Part shown: positions 29,121 to 39,135 of the stretch, piece by piece
Numbering within the stretch: the first letter of the stretch is position 1
How the letters are laid out: the number at the start of each line of letters is the position of its first letter
Source: an uncultured delta proteobacterium
GTDB taxonomy: Bacteria > Desulfobacterota > BSN033 > UBA1163
DNA: 64,000 nucleotides
NCBI GenBank assembly: GCA_963827685.1
Contig: CAWHBU010000005.1
Span: forward strand, 96,001 to 160,000
Reading direction: 5' to 3'
Program-made: the position numbers and the translations under genes
The notes under the pieces: model-generated
What the model was told of the DNA's origin: nothing
Database searches by the model: none
Seen by the model: only the letters and a program-made list of their open reading frames with translations

Positions 29121-29975
29121 TTATTCCAGCGCCTTTTTTACGGCCCTCATTAACAAAGCCTCTACCACTGGTTTTTTATAAGGGGTCGATGTCCGAATCC
29201 CGCTTCGCTGGATCATTGCCTCAGAAACCTTGAGGGAAGCTTTTTGCAAAGACCTTTGATCAGGCAACTTTCCTTTTAAAAAGGTCTCTGCCTCTGACAT
29301 CCTTTGAGGGATCGGCGTTACAGATCCCACAGCGATGCGAACATCTTCTATTCTGTTTTTTCCAATCTGAAGAATTATGGCCACATTCATCCTGGCTATC
29401 GCCATAGCATCCCTTCTGGCCAGCCGGACAAAACTGCTTTTGGTTTCAGGAGGAAGTTTTTGAAATGTAATTTGAACCAGAAGTTCATGGGGCTTTAAGT
29501 TGGTTTCATAGGGACCTTTAAAAAGTTGAGAAAGTGGCACTTCCTTTTCTCCCCCCCGGGACACTACCCTTCCCAGGGCATTCAAGACCATCAGAGGAGG
29601 AATGGTATCTGCTGCCGGAGAGGCATTGACGATATTCCCTCCGATTGTCCCGAGATTTCTGATCTGTGGAGAACCAATCTCAGAAGCCGCATCGGATAAA
29701 ACTTTTGCATATTTCTTTACCAAATTAGAGGAAGAAATTTCAGAATGGGTGGCTGCAGCACCAATCGAAATCGTCCCATTCTTTTCTCCAATCCTCCGAA
29801 GTTCTTCAATTCTCGTGATATCGATGATGGACTGGGGAGTGTGATCTCCATTCCGGAGGCCGATTACAAGATCTGTCCCGCCTGCAACAATCTTTGCCTT
29901 TCCCTCGGCCTTCCACAAAAGCTCGCAGGCTTCTTCAATCGTCTTTGGAATTTTATAGTCAAAAGAAGGTATCAT
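29121..29975 (-). CDS. XDH-family FAD-binding subunit
   Basis: AGGTDL, GSPQIRNLGTIGGNIVNASPAAD. Confidence 0.92.
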   Translation of the reverse strand: MIPSFDYKIPKTIEEACELLWKAEGKAKIVAGGTDLVIGLRNGDHTPQSIIDITRIEELRRIGEKNGTISIGAAATHSEISSSNLVKKYAKVLSDAASEIGSPQIRNLGTIGGNIVNASPAADTIPPLMVLNALGRVVSRGGEKEVPLSQLFKGPYETNLKPHELLVQITFQKLPPETKSSFVRLARRDAMAIARMNVAIILQIGKNRIEDVRIAVGSVTPIPQRMSEAETFLKGKLPDQRSLQKASLKVSEAMIQRSGIRTSTPYKKPVVEALLMRAVKKALE

Positions 29976-30054
29976 AGCTTTTCGTTTGAGGTTTAAGGTT
30001 TGGGGACCACTCCGCCTTCAATTATTTTGTTCAGGGCTTCGTTCGAGGCAAAAC

Positions 30055-30561
30055 CTAACTTCCCTTTAGCCTCAAGTCCCTCCGAAGGGGGGACGATCCT
30101 CTAACCTCTATCGTACTCTCTATCGCTTCGATGATTTGATGATAACCCGTGCATCGGCAGAGATGGCCTGAGATCGCCTCCTTGATCTCCTCTCTGGTAG
30201 GATTTGAATTTTTCTCCAATAAAGCTTTAGAGGACATCAATATACCGGGGGTGCAAAAACCACATTGGATCGCTCCATGGTCAATAAAAGATTTTTGCAA
30301 TGGATGAAGGGACTCTCGACTTCCAAGACCCTCTACGGTTTCGACCTTTCTTCCTTCCACTTTTGGAGCCATAACCAGACAGGCGTTGACAGGCATTCCA
30401 TCCAATAATACGGTACAGGCTCCACATTCGCCAATCCCGCAACCCTCTTTCGTGCCTGTGAAACCAAGTTTCTCCCGAAGGAGCCGCAGTAAAGTCCAGT
30501 GAGGAGGAATCTCCACCTCAACTATCTTTCCGTTTACTGTGAACTTAATTGTTATCTCCAT
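30055..30561 (-). CDS. XDH-family 2Fe-2S subunit
   Basis: GTKEGCGIGECGAC, QCGFCTPG, LCRCTGY. The C-terminus runs into a repeat. Confidence 0.92.
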   Translation of the reverse strand: MEITIKFTVNGKIVEVEIPPHWTLLRLLREKLGFTGTKEGCGIGECGACTVLLDGMPVNACLVMAPKVEGRKVETVEGLGSRESLHPLQKSFIDHGAIQCGFCTPGILMSSKALLEKNSNPTREEIKEAISGHLCRCTGYHQIIEAIESTIEVRGSSPLRRDLRLKGS

Positions 30562-30590
30562 CGTTTCTATCAAACTCAGCATCGAAAATG

Positions 30591-30666
30591 TTCGAGGTTT
30601 GAGGCATTAGGTTAGAGGCAAAAAATCGCAAGCTTTTCGCCTCCAGCCTTTCACCTCTAACCTCCA
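30591..30666. repeat. GAGGTTT/AACCTC-type heptamer inverted array (related array at ~29983-30119)
   Basis: gaggtttgaggcattaggttagagg ... gcctccagcctttcacctctaacctc. Confidence 0.7.
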
Positions 30667-30674
30667 ACAGAATT

Positions 30675-32189
30675 TTATTTTTTTGCGTATTTCATGGCAA
30701 AGCCATCATCCAGACTCTTGGCCACCCCATGAAAGGAAGAATGCCAACGGCTGATAATCACCTTCTTGTCGGTATAGAAATCAATCGCTTCATTGGCTCG
30801 CCCTCGAATGTCTCCAAACATGGAGATCTTTTTCCCTCCCACAGGAAAGTAGGCAATGGGAGCAGGTGTGCCAATATTGATTCCTACCTGACCTACATGA
30901 ACGAGGCGAGCAAATTCCCGTGCCCAACCACCGTTCTCCGTATAGAGATTGGCCGTGTGACCATAAGGGCTTTGATTAATGACTTCAACTCCTTCTGCCA
31001 GGTCCTTTACTTTCTTAAGGCAGCGAACCGGACCGAAGACCTCTTCCTGAAAGATCCTCATCTCGGGTTCGGCTTCAAAAACTGTTGGGCCAAGGAAGTA
31101 ACCCTTTGGATACTTCTCAACCTTAGGGTTTCTTCCATCGAGAACCAGTTTTGCCCCATCCTGGATTCCACGATCCACTTCCTTAAGAATCTTATCCAGG
31201 GCATCCCTTGAGACAACGGGCCCCAGGGTCACGCTTTTATCCATGCCATAACCCAAAACCAGTTTCTTGGAGAGCTCAATGAATTTTTGTTTCACTTTGT
31301 CATAAATTTTTTCCACAGCCAACACATTCGATACGGCGAAGCACCGCTCCCCTACATGGCCAAAACAGGAATCGACCACATTCTGCATCACTTCATCGAT
31401 CACTGCGTCCTCGGCAATCAGGACATGGTTCTTTGCGCCTCCCTGACACTGAGCCCTCTTATCATGGTTGATCGCCGTCTTATAGACATGCTCTCCCACT
31501 TTTGAGGAACCCACAAATGTCACCCCCACAGTGCCAGGATGGGTAATCAGAGCATCTCCCACTCCACTCCCAGAACCATGCAAAAGATTGATCACTCCCT
31601 TGGGAAAACCACATTCCTCAGCAATCTCAATGATCCGTGTAATCGTCATCGGGCAGAGGCGACTTGACTTGATGATGGCTGTGTCTCCTGCAGCAGTAGC
31701 CCATACAAAATAAAGAGCAATCATCGCTGGGAAATTAAACGGAGGGAGGATGACAAAGGGTCCGAGAGGCTCCCGGATGTACATCGTGTCCACACCCGTC
31801 CCGACATCCTCTGCGTGGCTGCCTTTCATGAGCTCCGGCCCTGCACAGGCGTGTTCCACATACTCCATGGCTCTTGTTATTTCACCCATGGCATCGGGTA
31901 AGGTTTTGCCGTTTTCGTTCACAATCAATTCAGCCACCTCAGCTTGATGCTTCTGAAGTTTTTCATGAAAATCGAACAAAAATTTTGCGCGTCTCGGAGG
32001 TGGTGTTATTCTCCAATTCCAGAAGGCTTCTTGAGCTGCTCTGACTGTTCGATCAATTTCTTCCTTGGTTGTCTCAGGGATGAGGGCAATCACTTCATCC
32101 TTCGCCGGGTTTCTCACCTCCAGCCATTGATTCGTTTTCGACTCCACCCATTGTCCATTGATGTAATTTTTTAGCTTTTTTACTTCCAT
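30675..32189 (-). CDS. CoA-acylating aldehyde dehydrogenase (methylmalonate-semialdehyde dehydrogenase-like)
   Basis: PFNFPAMI, FVGSS, GGAKNH, GERC, EEVFGPV and VGINI motifs of the MmsA/IolA type. Confidence 0.85.
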   Translation of the reverse strand: MEVKKLKNYINGQWVESKTNQWLEVRNPAKDEVIALIPETTKEEIDRTVRAAQEAFWNWRITPPPRRAKFLFDFHEKLQKHQAEVAELIVNENGKTLPDAMGEITRAMEYVEHACAGPELMKGSHAEDVGTGVDTMYIREPLGPFVILPPFNFPAMIALYFVWATAAGDTAIIKSSRLCPMTITRIIEIAEECGFPKGVINLLHGSGSGVGDALITHPGTVGVTFVGSSKVGEHVYKTAINHDKRAQCQGGAKNHVLIAEDAVIDEVMQNVVDSCFGHVGERCFAVSNVLAVEKIYDKVKQKFIELSKKLVLGYGMDKSVTLGPVVSRDALDKILKEVDRGIQDGAKLVLDGRNPKVEKYPKGYFLGPTVFEAEPEMRIFQEEVFGPVRCLKKVKDLAEGVEVINQSPYGHTANLYTENGGWAREFARLVHVGQVGINIGTPAPIAYFPVGGKKISMFGDIRGRANEAIDFYTDKKVIISRWHSSFHGVAKSLDDGFAMKYAKK

Positions 32190-32227
32190 CTCCAATCCTT
32201 TCTAAATTTATTGGATGTATAACCCAT

Positions 32228-32947
32228 TTACATAGCTAGATACGCTTTTTTCACATGCTGGTTATTAAGAAGTTCGCTCCCTCTCCCCTCCAATACGATC
32301 CTCCCGTTTTCAAGGACATAGGCTCGGTGGCTGATCTCAAGGGAGTAGTTGACATTCTGCTCCACCAAAAGAATAGTAACTCCTTTCCGGTTAATCTCTC
32401 GAATGGCTTCGAAGGTCCGGGTGACCAACATGGGTTGAAGCCCTAAAGAAGGTTCATCCAGAAGAAGAAGGTCTGGTTTTGACATGAGCGCCCTTCCTAC
32501 GGCCAACATCTGCCGTTCTCCTCCACTTAATGTCTTTGCCTTCTGAGATTCTCTCTCTTTCAGCCTTGGGAAAAGGGTATAGACCTCTTCTATGGTTTTT
32601 TCTCGAACTTCCCTTGCCTTCTTGATATAAGATCCCATCTTCAAGTTATCGAGCACACTCATTTCGGGGAAAACCCTCGCCCCTTCCGGAACAATGGCAA
32701 TTCCAAACTTTACCGTTTCCTCAGGGGAAAAACCATCCATCCTATTACCTCGATAAAAAATACCTGAATCCATTTGATCGGTTTTTTGGGGATGATTCAA
32801 GTTGACAATCGTGTGGAGGAGGGTTGACTTGCCGGAACCATTGGGTCCTACTACAGTGACAATTTCCCCTTCATCGACTTTTAAAGAGACATCCCATAAA
32901 ACTTGAACATCTCCATAAAACACTTTGATTTTATCTACACGAAGCAT
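32228..32947 (-). CDS. LivF-like ABC ATP-binding protein
   Basis: GPNGSGKST, LSGGERQM, LDEPSLGL. Confidence 0.9.
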   Translation of the reverse strand: MLRVDKIKVFYGDVQVLWDVSLKVDEGEIVTVVGPNGSGKSTLLHTIVNLNHPQKTDQMDSGIFYRGNRMDGFSPEETVKFGIAIVPEGARVFPEMSVLDNLKMGSYIKKAREVREKTIEEVYTLFPRLKERESQKAKTLSGGERQMLAVGRALMSKPDLLLLDEPSLGLQPMLVTRTFEAIREINRKGVTILLVEQNVNYSLEISHRAYVLENGRIVLEGRGSELLNNQHVKKAYLAM

Positions 32948-33663
32948 ACTTTTTCACCTAAATAGGCCTCGATAACCTTTTCATTATTCGCTACCTCAGA
33001 AGGGGTCCCTTCGGCGATCTTTTCTCCGTAATTAAGAACAATGATCCGGTCTGATATCCCCATGACGACGCGCATAATATGTTCCACCACAATCAGGGTC
33101 TTGCCCTGATTTCGAATTTCTCTTAAAAGTTTCAGAACCTCTTCGATCTCCGTTGGATTCAGTCCTGCCATATTCTCGTCTAGGAGAATGATCTCTGCAC
33201 CTGTTGCGATGGCTCTCGCTAGTTCCAGCCGTCTTCGATCTGGTACAGTGATGGAACCGGAAGCCATCCCTTTCAAACCTCCAAGGCCAATGAACTCTAA
33301 AATCTCTTCTGCCTCCAGAGTTGCATGGCTAAAGGAAAGGTTCTTTCCATGAAGCCCGCCCACTAAGACATTTTCAAGAACACTCATCTGAGTAAAAGGC
33401 TGAACAATCTGCGAGGTCTTAGCTATTCCCATCCTGCAAATCCTGTGGGGTTTTAACCCTGAAATTGTTCTTCCTTTGAAAACCACTTCGCCTTTATCAG
33501 GTTTATAGACTCCCATGATCACATTGAAGAGAGTTGATTTCCCGGCTCCGTTTGGACCAATCATCCCTAAGATCTCTTCCTTTTCCACTGAGAAATCTAC
33601 GGAGTTGATGGCGGCGAGAGCCCCATAATATTTCGTTAAATTCCTTCCTTCAAGTATCGCCAT
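32935..33663 (-). CDS. LivG-like ABC ATP-binding protein
   Basis: GPNGAGKST, RRLELARA, VEH, EAYLG. Confidence 0.9.
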   Translation of the reverse strand: MAILEGRNLTKYYGALAAINSVDFSVEKEEILGMIGPNGAGKSTLFNVIMGVYKPDKGEVVFKGRTISGLKPHRICRMGIAKTSQIVQPFTQMSVLENVLVGGLHGKNLSFSHATLEAEEILEFIGLGGLKGMASGSITVPDRRRLELARAIATGAEIILLDENMAGLNPTEIEEVLKLLREIRNQGKTLIVVEHIMRVVMGISDRIIVLNYGEKIAEGTPSEVANNEKVIEAYLGEKVCFV

Positions 33664-33680
33664 ATGAGTTTATAGAGAGT

Positions 33681-34646
33681 TTATTGCGTTAGTCGAGTTT
33701 TCTGAGTTACCAGTTTTGTCTGTAAGGTTCCTACAATCCCCTTTGGCATAAGAAGAACCACCACGACTACAATAAACCCGACAATGATTGCATAGGTGTA
33801 TGGAAAGTCCCTGTGTAGTAGTTCATAAATAATGGTCAGGAAGGAGGCTCCGACTACAGGACCGAACACAGTTCCAATTCCTCCCAACAGGGACATCACA
33901 ACCATCTGAATCGTGATGAGGACGTCAAAGACCATATGGGGTGTAATGTAAGTGAGCCAATAAGCCTCCACCCCTCCGATTAGACCCAAAAAGAACGCAC
34001 TGATCATATAGGCTTTGATTTTTGCCCTTAACGTATCTACACCCGAAAGTTCTGCGGCATGCTCTGCTTCATGAATGGCTCGAAGGGCATAGCCGAATTT
34101 GGATCGTCTAATCCAATAGGTGATTCCAATCACAGCAACCATGACCACAAAACCAATATAATAAAAGAATTCGTTTTTGGGACCGATCGGCAAGGTAATT
34201 CCATGGGGACCTTCAAAAAAATTAATTCCAACAGTCTTGTCGAATTCGAGGATGATCTGCTTCATCGCCTCGGCAAAGGCGAGAGTTGCAATCCCGAAAT
34301 AAGCTCCTCTTAATCGAAGAGTAGGCAAGCCGATGGGTAAGGCGATCAAGCCTGAAACGACGCCACTGATCAAAATCGAAAGCAAGAACGGGACATGTCC
34401 CTTCGACATGAGTATGGCCGTGACATAAGAACCGATTCCATAGTATCCCACTGCGCCAAAATCGATATAGCCCGTATATCCAGAGATGATGTTCCAACAA
34501 CCTGTCTTTCCAATCCAGAAAAAGATCATGGCGAGAAGCCGGATGAGATATCCTGAAACTCCAGCGAAGGGGACAAAGAGAAGTCCGATCGCAATCGCAA
34601 TAACAAGAGTGGTTGAGAATCTCTTTAACATCCCTTTATTCGACAA
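33681..34646 (-). CDS. LivM-like ABC permease
   Basis: LRLRGAYF, GYALRAI, GGIGTVFGP. Confidence 0.9.
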   Translation of the reverse strand: MSNKGMLKRFSTTLVIAIAIGLLFVPFAGVSGYLIRLLAMIFFWIGKTGCWNIISGYTGYIDFGAVGYYGIGSYVTAILMSKGHVPFLLSILISGVVSGLIALPIGLPTLRLRGAYFGIATLAFAEAMKQIILEFDKTVGINFFEGPHGITLPIGPKNEFFYYIGFVVMVAVIGITYWIRRSKFGYALRAIHEAEHAAELSGVDTLRAKIKAYMISAFFLGLIGGVEAYWLTYITPHMVFDVLITIQMVVMSLLGGIGTVFGPVVGASFLTIIYELLHRDFPYTYAIIVGFIVVVVVLLMPKGIVGTLQTKLVTQKTRLTQ

Positions 34647-35505
34647 TCCCTTTTCCTACAATGCCGGTAGGCCGCACAATCAACATAATAAACAGAAGAA
34701 TGAATGTGAAGGCTCCGGAGATTCCAGCATTGAGATACGTGGCCGTAAGGGATTGGACCACCCCCAGAATCAATCCTCCCCAGAGGGCGCCTGGGATATA
34801 TCCCATTCCTCCTAAAACGACCACACAGAAGGCAATGATGGTGTAGGGAAGTCCCATCTGGGGAAAGATGATGAAGTAAGTAGAGATGAGAGATCCCGCG
34901 ACCCCCGTAATCGCCGCACCAATTCCAAAAGTGACCGCATAAATTCGATAGATGTTGACCCCCATCAGGCGGGCCACTTCCTTATCCTGGGCTGTCGCCT
35001 GAATAGCCCTTCCCACTTCGCTCTTATACAGAAGAATGTAGAGCCCGACCACTACAAAGAGGGCTAATCCGAAGGTCGCTAACCTGGCGTAAGGGACGAT
35101 TATTCCACCAATGTTCGCATTAAATCCTGAGTAGCTGGTCGTCACCGTTCTGAAATCGGCAGTCCAGACCCATAGGGCTGTATAGGAAATAATTAAATGG
35201 ATACCAAACGTGAGGATGTAGGAAATCATGGGAGGTGCCTCAACCACCCTGTTGATTACGAATCTCTGAACCAGATAACCGAAGATGAAAAGTGAGACAA
35301 TCGAGAAAGGGATGGTCAAAAATGGATCGATATGGAATAAAGTAAAAATCCAGTAGGTGAGGAAGGCTCCTAACATCACCATTTCACCATGGAAGATGTT
35401 GATCACCCCCATCACCCCGAAGATTAGTGAGAACCCGGCTGAATAGGAGGCATAGATTCCTCCGAGGAGGATTCCGTTAAGCAAAGATTGTAAAAATAGA
35501 AGCAT
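34636..35505 (-). CDS. LivH-like ABC permease
   Basis: LIFGVMGVINIFHGE, GRAIQATAQD..ARLMG. Confidence 0.9.
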   Translation of the reverse strand: MLLFLQSLLNGILLGGIYASYSAGFSLIFGVMGVINIFHGEMVMLGAFLTYWIFTLFHIDPFLTIPFSIVSLFIFGYLVQRFVINRVVEAPPMISYILTFGIHLIISYTALWVWTADFRTVTTSYSGFNANIGGIIVPYARLATFGLALFVVVGLYILLYKSEVGRAIQATAQDKEVARLMGVNIYRIYAVTFGIGAAITGVAGSLISTYFIIFPQMGLPYTIIAFCVVVLGGMGYIPGALWGGLILGVVQSLTATYLNAGISGAFTFILLFIMLIVRPTGIVGKGIVE

Positions 35506-35599
35506 CTCTTCTAAAACTTTCGTGTGCGATATTTAAACCCAAAAACGATTGTAGGGGCAGGTTAAGAGAACCCACCCCTACTTCGTTCCTCACGATCCT

Positions 35600-36826
35600 T
35601 TATCTCTCTTTCCACGGCTTCATGGGATACCATGGAGCTGCCTCTGCTGCGTTTTTAGGAAAGACATTGACCAGCTTCCCATTTTGAATTTGAACTACAA
35701 CAGGAGGATGCGCCTCATTGGCACCGTCGGGACCAAATTTGACGACTCCGTAGAAGGTCATCAAACTCTGCTTATGAAGTTCCTCCATCAACCTAACCCG
35801 ATCCTCTTCTTTCACGGGAGGCGTAATCCCCAATTTTTCAATAGCTATCTGCATCGCATAGGCGCCTGCTGCTGAGGCGGCTTCGACATAGTCAGGGTAA
35901 CGTCCACACTTTTTGAAGTAGTTTTCATTAAATTGTCTGGCTGTGCCAAAAAGCGAATCCTTATAGGGCAAGTTGGGAGCCCATTCAGATGCGGCGAGAA
36001 CAAACTCCGCATCTCTTCCTAAATTCTTGACAAAGTCGGGGACCGTTGGACCATAGCTGAAAGTCACCATCTTGGGCGTAAAATCAATCTCCTTCATCGC
36101 CTTAATCGTCTTCATAGCCACCATCAGGTGAGATCCAACAAACAGAATATCCGGGTTTTTCTGCTTTACCTTAAGAAGCATGGAATTGTAATCTTGAAGG
36201 GTTATTGGAAAAAGTTCGTTGAGAACGATCTCAATTCCGTTTTGAGCAGCATATTTTTTATATCCTTCGCAAGCCAAGGAGGTAAAAAGAATATCCGATC
36301 CAATGATGGCCCCCGTCTTGGGTTTAGGGGAGAGAATCTGAACGAGGTCCACACATCCTCGGACCTCCTCCGTTGCTTTTCCTATAGTAGAAAAATAGTA
36401 TTTAAACCCTCGCTCGAAGAGTTTGTTCGAACTGGCCGCACCGCTGATTAAAGGATACTTATATTTCTCTGCCACAGCGCTGCCTGCAAAGACGGAATCG
36501 CTTCCGAACCCACCCAGGATCAAATCGACTTTATCTTCCGTGATCAGCTTTTCCGTAAACTTGGCATTTTCTGCTGCAGTCGATTTGTCATCGATGACGG
36601 TCAGTTCAACAGGATATTTTTTCCCTTTGACCTCGATTCCCCCTTTTGAATTGACAAGCTCAGCCCAGAAATTGTAGGCATCTTTCACCAAGTTTCCATC
36701 TCTTCCAAACGTTCCTGTCAGCGGGTCAGCATATCCAATCCTAAATTTCTGTTGGGCTGAACCGATTCCAGAACTCAAAACGATTACCAGGCCTACGATG
36801 ATAACTCCGAGACATAACTTCCGCAT
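35600..36826 (-). CDS. LivK-like ABC substrate-binding protein
   Basis: Signal peptide, PLTG, VNSKGGI, DDKS and KLITEDKVD type I PBP pattern. Confidence 0.9.
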   Translation of the reverse strand: MRKLCLGVIIVGLVIVLSSGIGSAQQKFRIGYADPLTGTFGRDGNLVKDAYNFWAELVNSKGGIEVKGKKYPVELTVIDDKSTAAENAKFTEKLITEDKVDLILGGFGSDSVFAGSAVAEKYKYPLISGAASSNKLFERGFKYYFSTIGKATEEVRGCVDLVQILSPKPKTGAIIGSDILFTSLACEGYKKYAAQNGIEIVLNELFPITLQDYNSMLLKVKQKNPDILFVGSHLMVAMKTIKAMKEIDFTPKMVTFSYGPTVPDFVKNLGRDAEFVLAASEWAPNLPYKDSLFGTARQFNENYFKKCGRYPDYVEAASAAGAYAMQIAIEKLGITPPVKEEDRVRLMEELHKQSLMTFYGVVKFGPDGANEAHPPVVVQIQNGKLVNVFPKNAAEAAPWYPMKPWKER

Positions 36827-36917
36827 AAAATCCCTCCTTTCTAAAGAATCATGATATGGTTTGATTCAGTTGGATTTGTTGATTCTTCACCTCCCTTCAC
36901 TGTTTTTTTCCCTTTTT

Positions 36918-37466
36918 TCAAAAAGTAGGTGGACTCACCACCCATATCACGACCGCCCTCTTTTTGCCAGAGTTCGACCAGCTATGAGGCTCTTGGGATG
37001 AAAAATAAAAACTTTCGTTCTTTTTCACTCGATAGGGTTTCCCATTCAAATTGATCTCCAGTTCTCCCTGCAGGACAATCCCAAATTCTTCTCCGATATG
37101 GGAATAAGGCCCTTTTGATCCACCCCTGGGCTCAATCGTGGTATAAAAGGGCTGCATCCGTTTATTCTGGATACTCCGGACAAGCATCTGAATCTTTGCA
37201 TCCCCACGTTTAAAGCGAATGTTTACCCTCTCCCCTTCTTTGCAGACCACATCGTTCTCCTCGGTCTCTGGCTCGAGGAAAAAATCAACCACCTTCACCT
37301 GAAGGGCGGAGGCAATCTTTTTTAGAATCATGATAGAAGGGTTTGCGCGCCCCCGTTCCAGTTGGGAGAGGAAGGCGTCTGTGCAACCAGCCTTGCTGGC
37401 CAGTTGTTTGAGGGTCATTCGGTTTGCCAAGCGGAAGACTTTGAGTTTTTCGGCAATCTCTTTCAT
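36918..37466 (-). CDS. XRE-family HTH + cupin transcriptional regulator (copy 1)
   Basis: MTLKQLA...FLSQLERGRANPS HTH; HIGEEFGIVLQG...PHSW cupin. Confidence 0.92.
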   Translation of the reverse strand: MKEIAEKLKVFRLANRMTLKQLASKAGCTDAFLSQLERGRANPSIMILKKIASALQVKVVDFFLEPETEENDVVCKEGERVNIRFKRGDAKIQMLVRSIQNKRMQPFYTTIEPRGGSKGPYSHIGEEFGIVLQGELEINLNGKPYRVKKNESFYFSSQEPHSWSNSGKKRAVVIWVVSPPTF

Positions 37467-37476
37467 CGGCGAGAAA

Positions 37477-37529
37477 TTAAATATAATTTAACCTAATTAA
37501 CAAATACTTAATACCCAAAAATTTGTCAA
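37477..37529 (-). promoter_or_regulatory. Regulator promoter region: TTGACA and palindrome TTAAAT-N3-ATTTAA (candidate operator)
   Basis: TTGACA at 37529-37524 and palindrome at 37477-37491; both are conserved in copy 2. Confidence 0.45.
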
Positions 37530-37549
37530 GAAAAAACTTCAAGAGTTTT

Positions 37550-37624
37550 TCAAACCAACCATTGTTTCGTTCTCGATTCCACCAACTCTCCACTGATGTA
37601 ATTTGTGAGCTTCTCAATACCCAT
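37550..37624 (-). pseudogene. 5' remnant of an aldehyde dehydrogenase gene
   Basis: SD GAAAGGAG, then MGIEKLTNYISGELVESRTKQWLV*, which resembles MEVKKLKNYINGQWVESKTNQWLEV of the ALDH at 30675-32189. Confidence 0.8.
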
Positions 37625-37700
37625 TGCAAACTCCTTTCTCGAATATATGTTTAACCGTCTTACTTCTTTTCATTTAGATGATCCAAGAACCGTAATGATG

Positions 37701-39050
37701 TTATCCGTTGCAAACAATATTCCGGCATCTTGTCTCTTTGATTAGCAAAGCCGCTCCGAGGCCGATCAATGTGGTAAAAAAACAAACCAAAAAAGCGGTG
37801 CGGTAGGCGTCCAAAGAATAGAATCGGACACCGTTAACCAAGGTGTTGTCCCATTTCAAATCAAGAATCTTGCCCAACAGAACCTGTAGGATGGCACTTC
37901 CAAGAAAACCACCTGTATTCACGGTTCCCATGGCAATTCCTGATACACTTGGTGGATTGATCTCTTTCGAACAGACCATGGTTAAAATAAAGCCAGAGCT
38001 TGAAAAACCCATCAAAAAACAGAGTGGGTACATAAGGGAGAGAGGAGGCTTACCGTGATTAACGAAACAGAGCATTCCCCAAATCATAGAATAAACCAGC
38101 ATGCAAAGGACATACGGTAATTTTCTTCTCACAAGAATTTTATCAGACAATTGTCCTGTAAATGGACAACCCAAAATCAATCCCAATGAAACAGCGATCA
38201 TGTAATTCGCGGCTCCGGGGGCTGACAAGCCATAGATTTGAGTTAGAAAAGGAATCCCCCAGAGGCCCGAAAAGGCCATCAAAGTCGAGTAGAAAGAGAA
38301 AAACCCAAAGAAGGGGGGCCAGGTATAGGGATTTTTTATTACAGATTTAACCCCTAACCAAATTCTCGGTTCCAGGAGCTCTCGATTCGTATCGTGATAT
38401 GCACCCTCGCTTTTATTCTCCAATGCTGGAAGTCCGCAATCTGCGGGGCGGTTTCTAACAACCCACCAACAATTCAAGGTCATAAGGATCGAAACTAGGC
38501 CGATCATCTCAAAACTGACACGCCAGCTTAATGCCTCCGACAGCAGGGCAAGTGGTGTGGCGGCCAAAAGCCCGCCAATCCCGCCAATGGTAGTAGTTAA
38601 CCCAGTGATGAAACCTAATTCATTAGGCCGAAACCATTCCACACATGTGCGCACGATATTCACCATGATAACAGAAACACCTAGCCCTACAAGAAATCGC
38701 CCTACATAACAGACAATCAACGAGGGTGCCGCACCGAAAATAATGGTACCGATTCCCATAATGATACCACCAATGGTGATGGTCAGCCTGGGTCCTATGG
38801 TGTCGGATAGGATCCCTGCTGGAATTTGCATCGCTGCATAGGTATAAAAATAAACGGAAGATAGGACACCCAATAGAACACCACTTGTTTGAAATGCACG
38901 CATCAAGTCCTCAGCGATGACTGCTGGCGCGACACGATGAAAATACCCCACGATATAGACTAAGATCAGGGAGACCCAGATGAACCATCTTTTTCTCAAA
39001 GTTTTTTCTATTCCAGTGATGTTCATATGTAAGGTGAGGAGGGTCTGCAT
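37701..39050 (-). CDS. MFS transporter
   Basis: GILSDTIGPR motif A; about 12 TM segments. The start may be 39026. Confidence 0.9.
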   Translation of the reverse strand: MQTLLTLHMNITGIEKTLRKRWFIWVSLILVYIVGYFHRVAPAVIAEDLMRAFQTSGVLLGVLSSVYFYTYAAMQIPAGILSDTIGPRLTITIGGIIMGIGTIIFGAAPSLIVCYVGRFLVGLGVSVIMVNIVRTCVEWFRPNELGFITGLTTTIGGIGGLLAATPLALLSEALSWRVSFEMIGLVSILMTLNCWWVVRNRPADCGLPALENKSEGAYHDTNRELLEPRIWLGVKSVIKNPYTWPPFFGFFSFYSTLMAFSGLWGIPFLTQIYGLSAPGAANYMIAVSLGLILGCPFTGQLSDKILVRRKLPYVLCMLVYSMIWGMLCFVNHGKPPLSLMYPLCFLMGFSSSGFILTMVCSKEINPPSVSGIAMGTVNTGGFLGSAILQVLLGKILDLKWDNTLVNGVRFYSLDAYRTAFLVCFFTTLIGLGAALLIKETRCRNIVCNG

Positions 39051-39135
39051 TTCTAATAAGAGAATCGGTTTGAAATGAAAACGGTGTCTCTGGGGTCAGA
39101 ACTGTCGAAGGGGCAAGGGCAAGCCCCCCTTATAA

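Larger units (their letters stand above)
36918..37530. repeat. ~610-bp direct repeat, copy 1 (regulator gene plus promoter)
   Basis: Matches 47025-47637 at offset 10,107. The differences I saw are at the edges. Confidence 0.95.
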
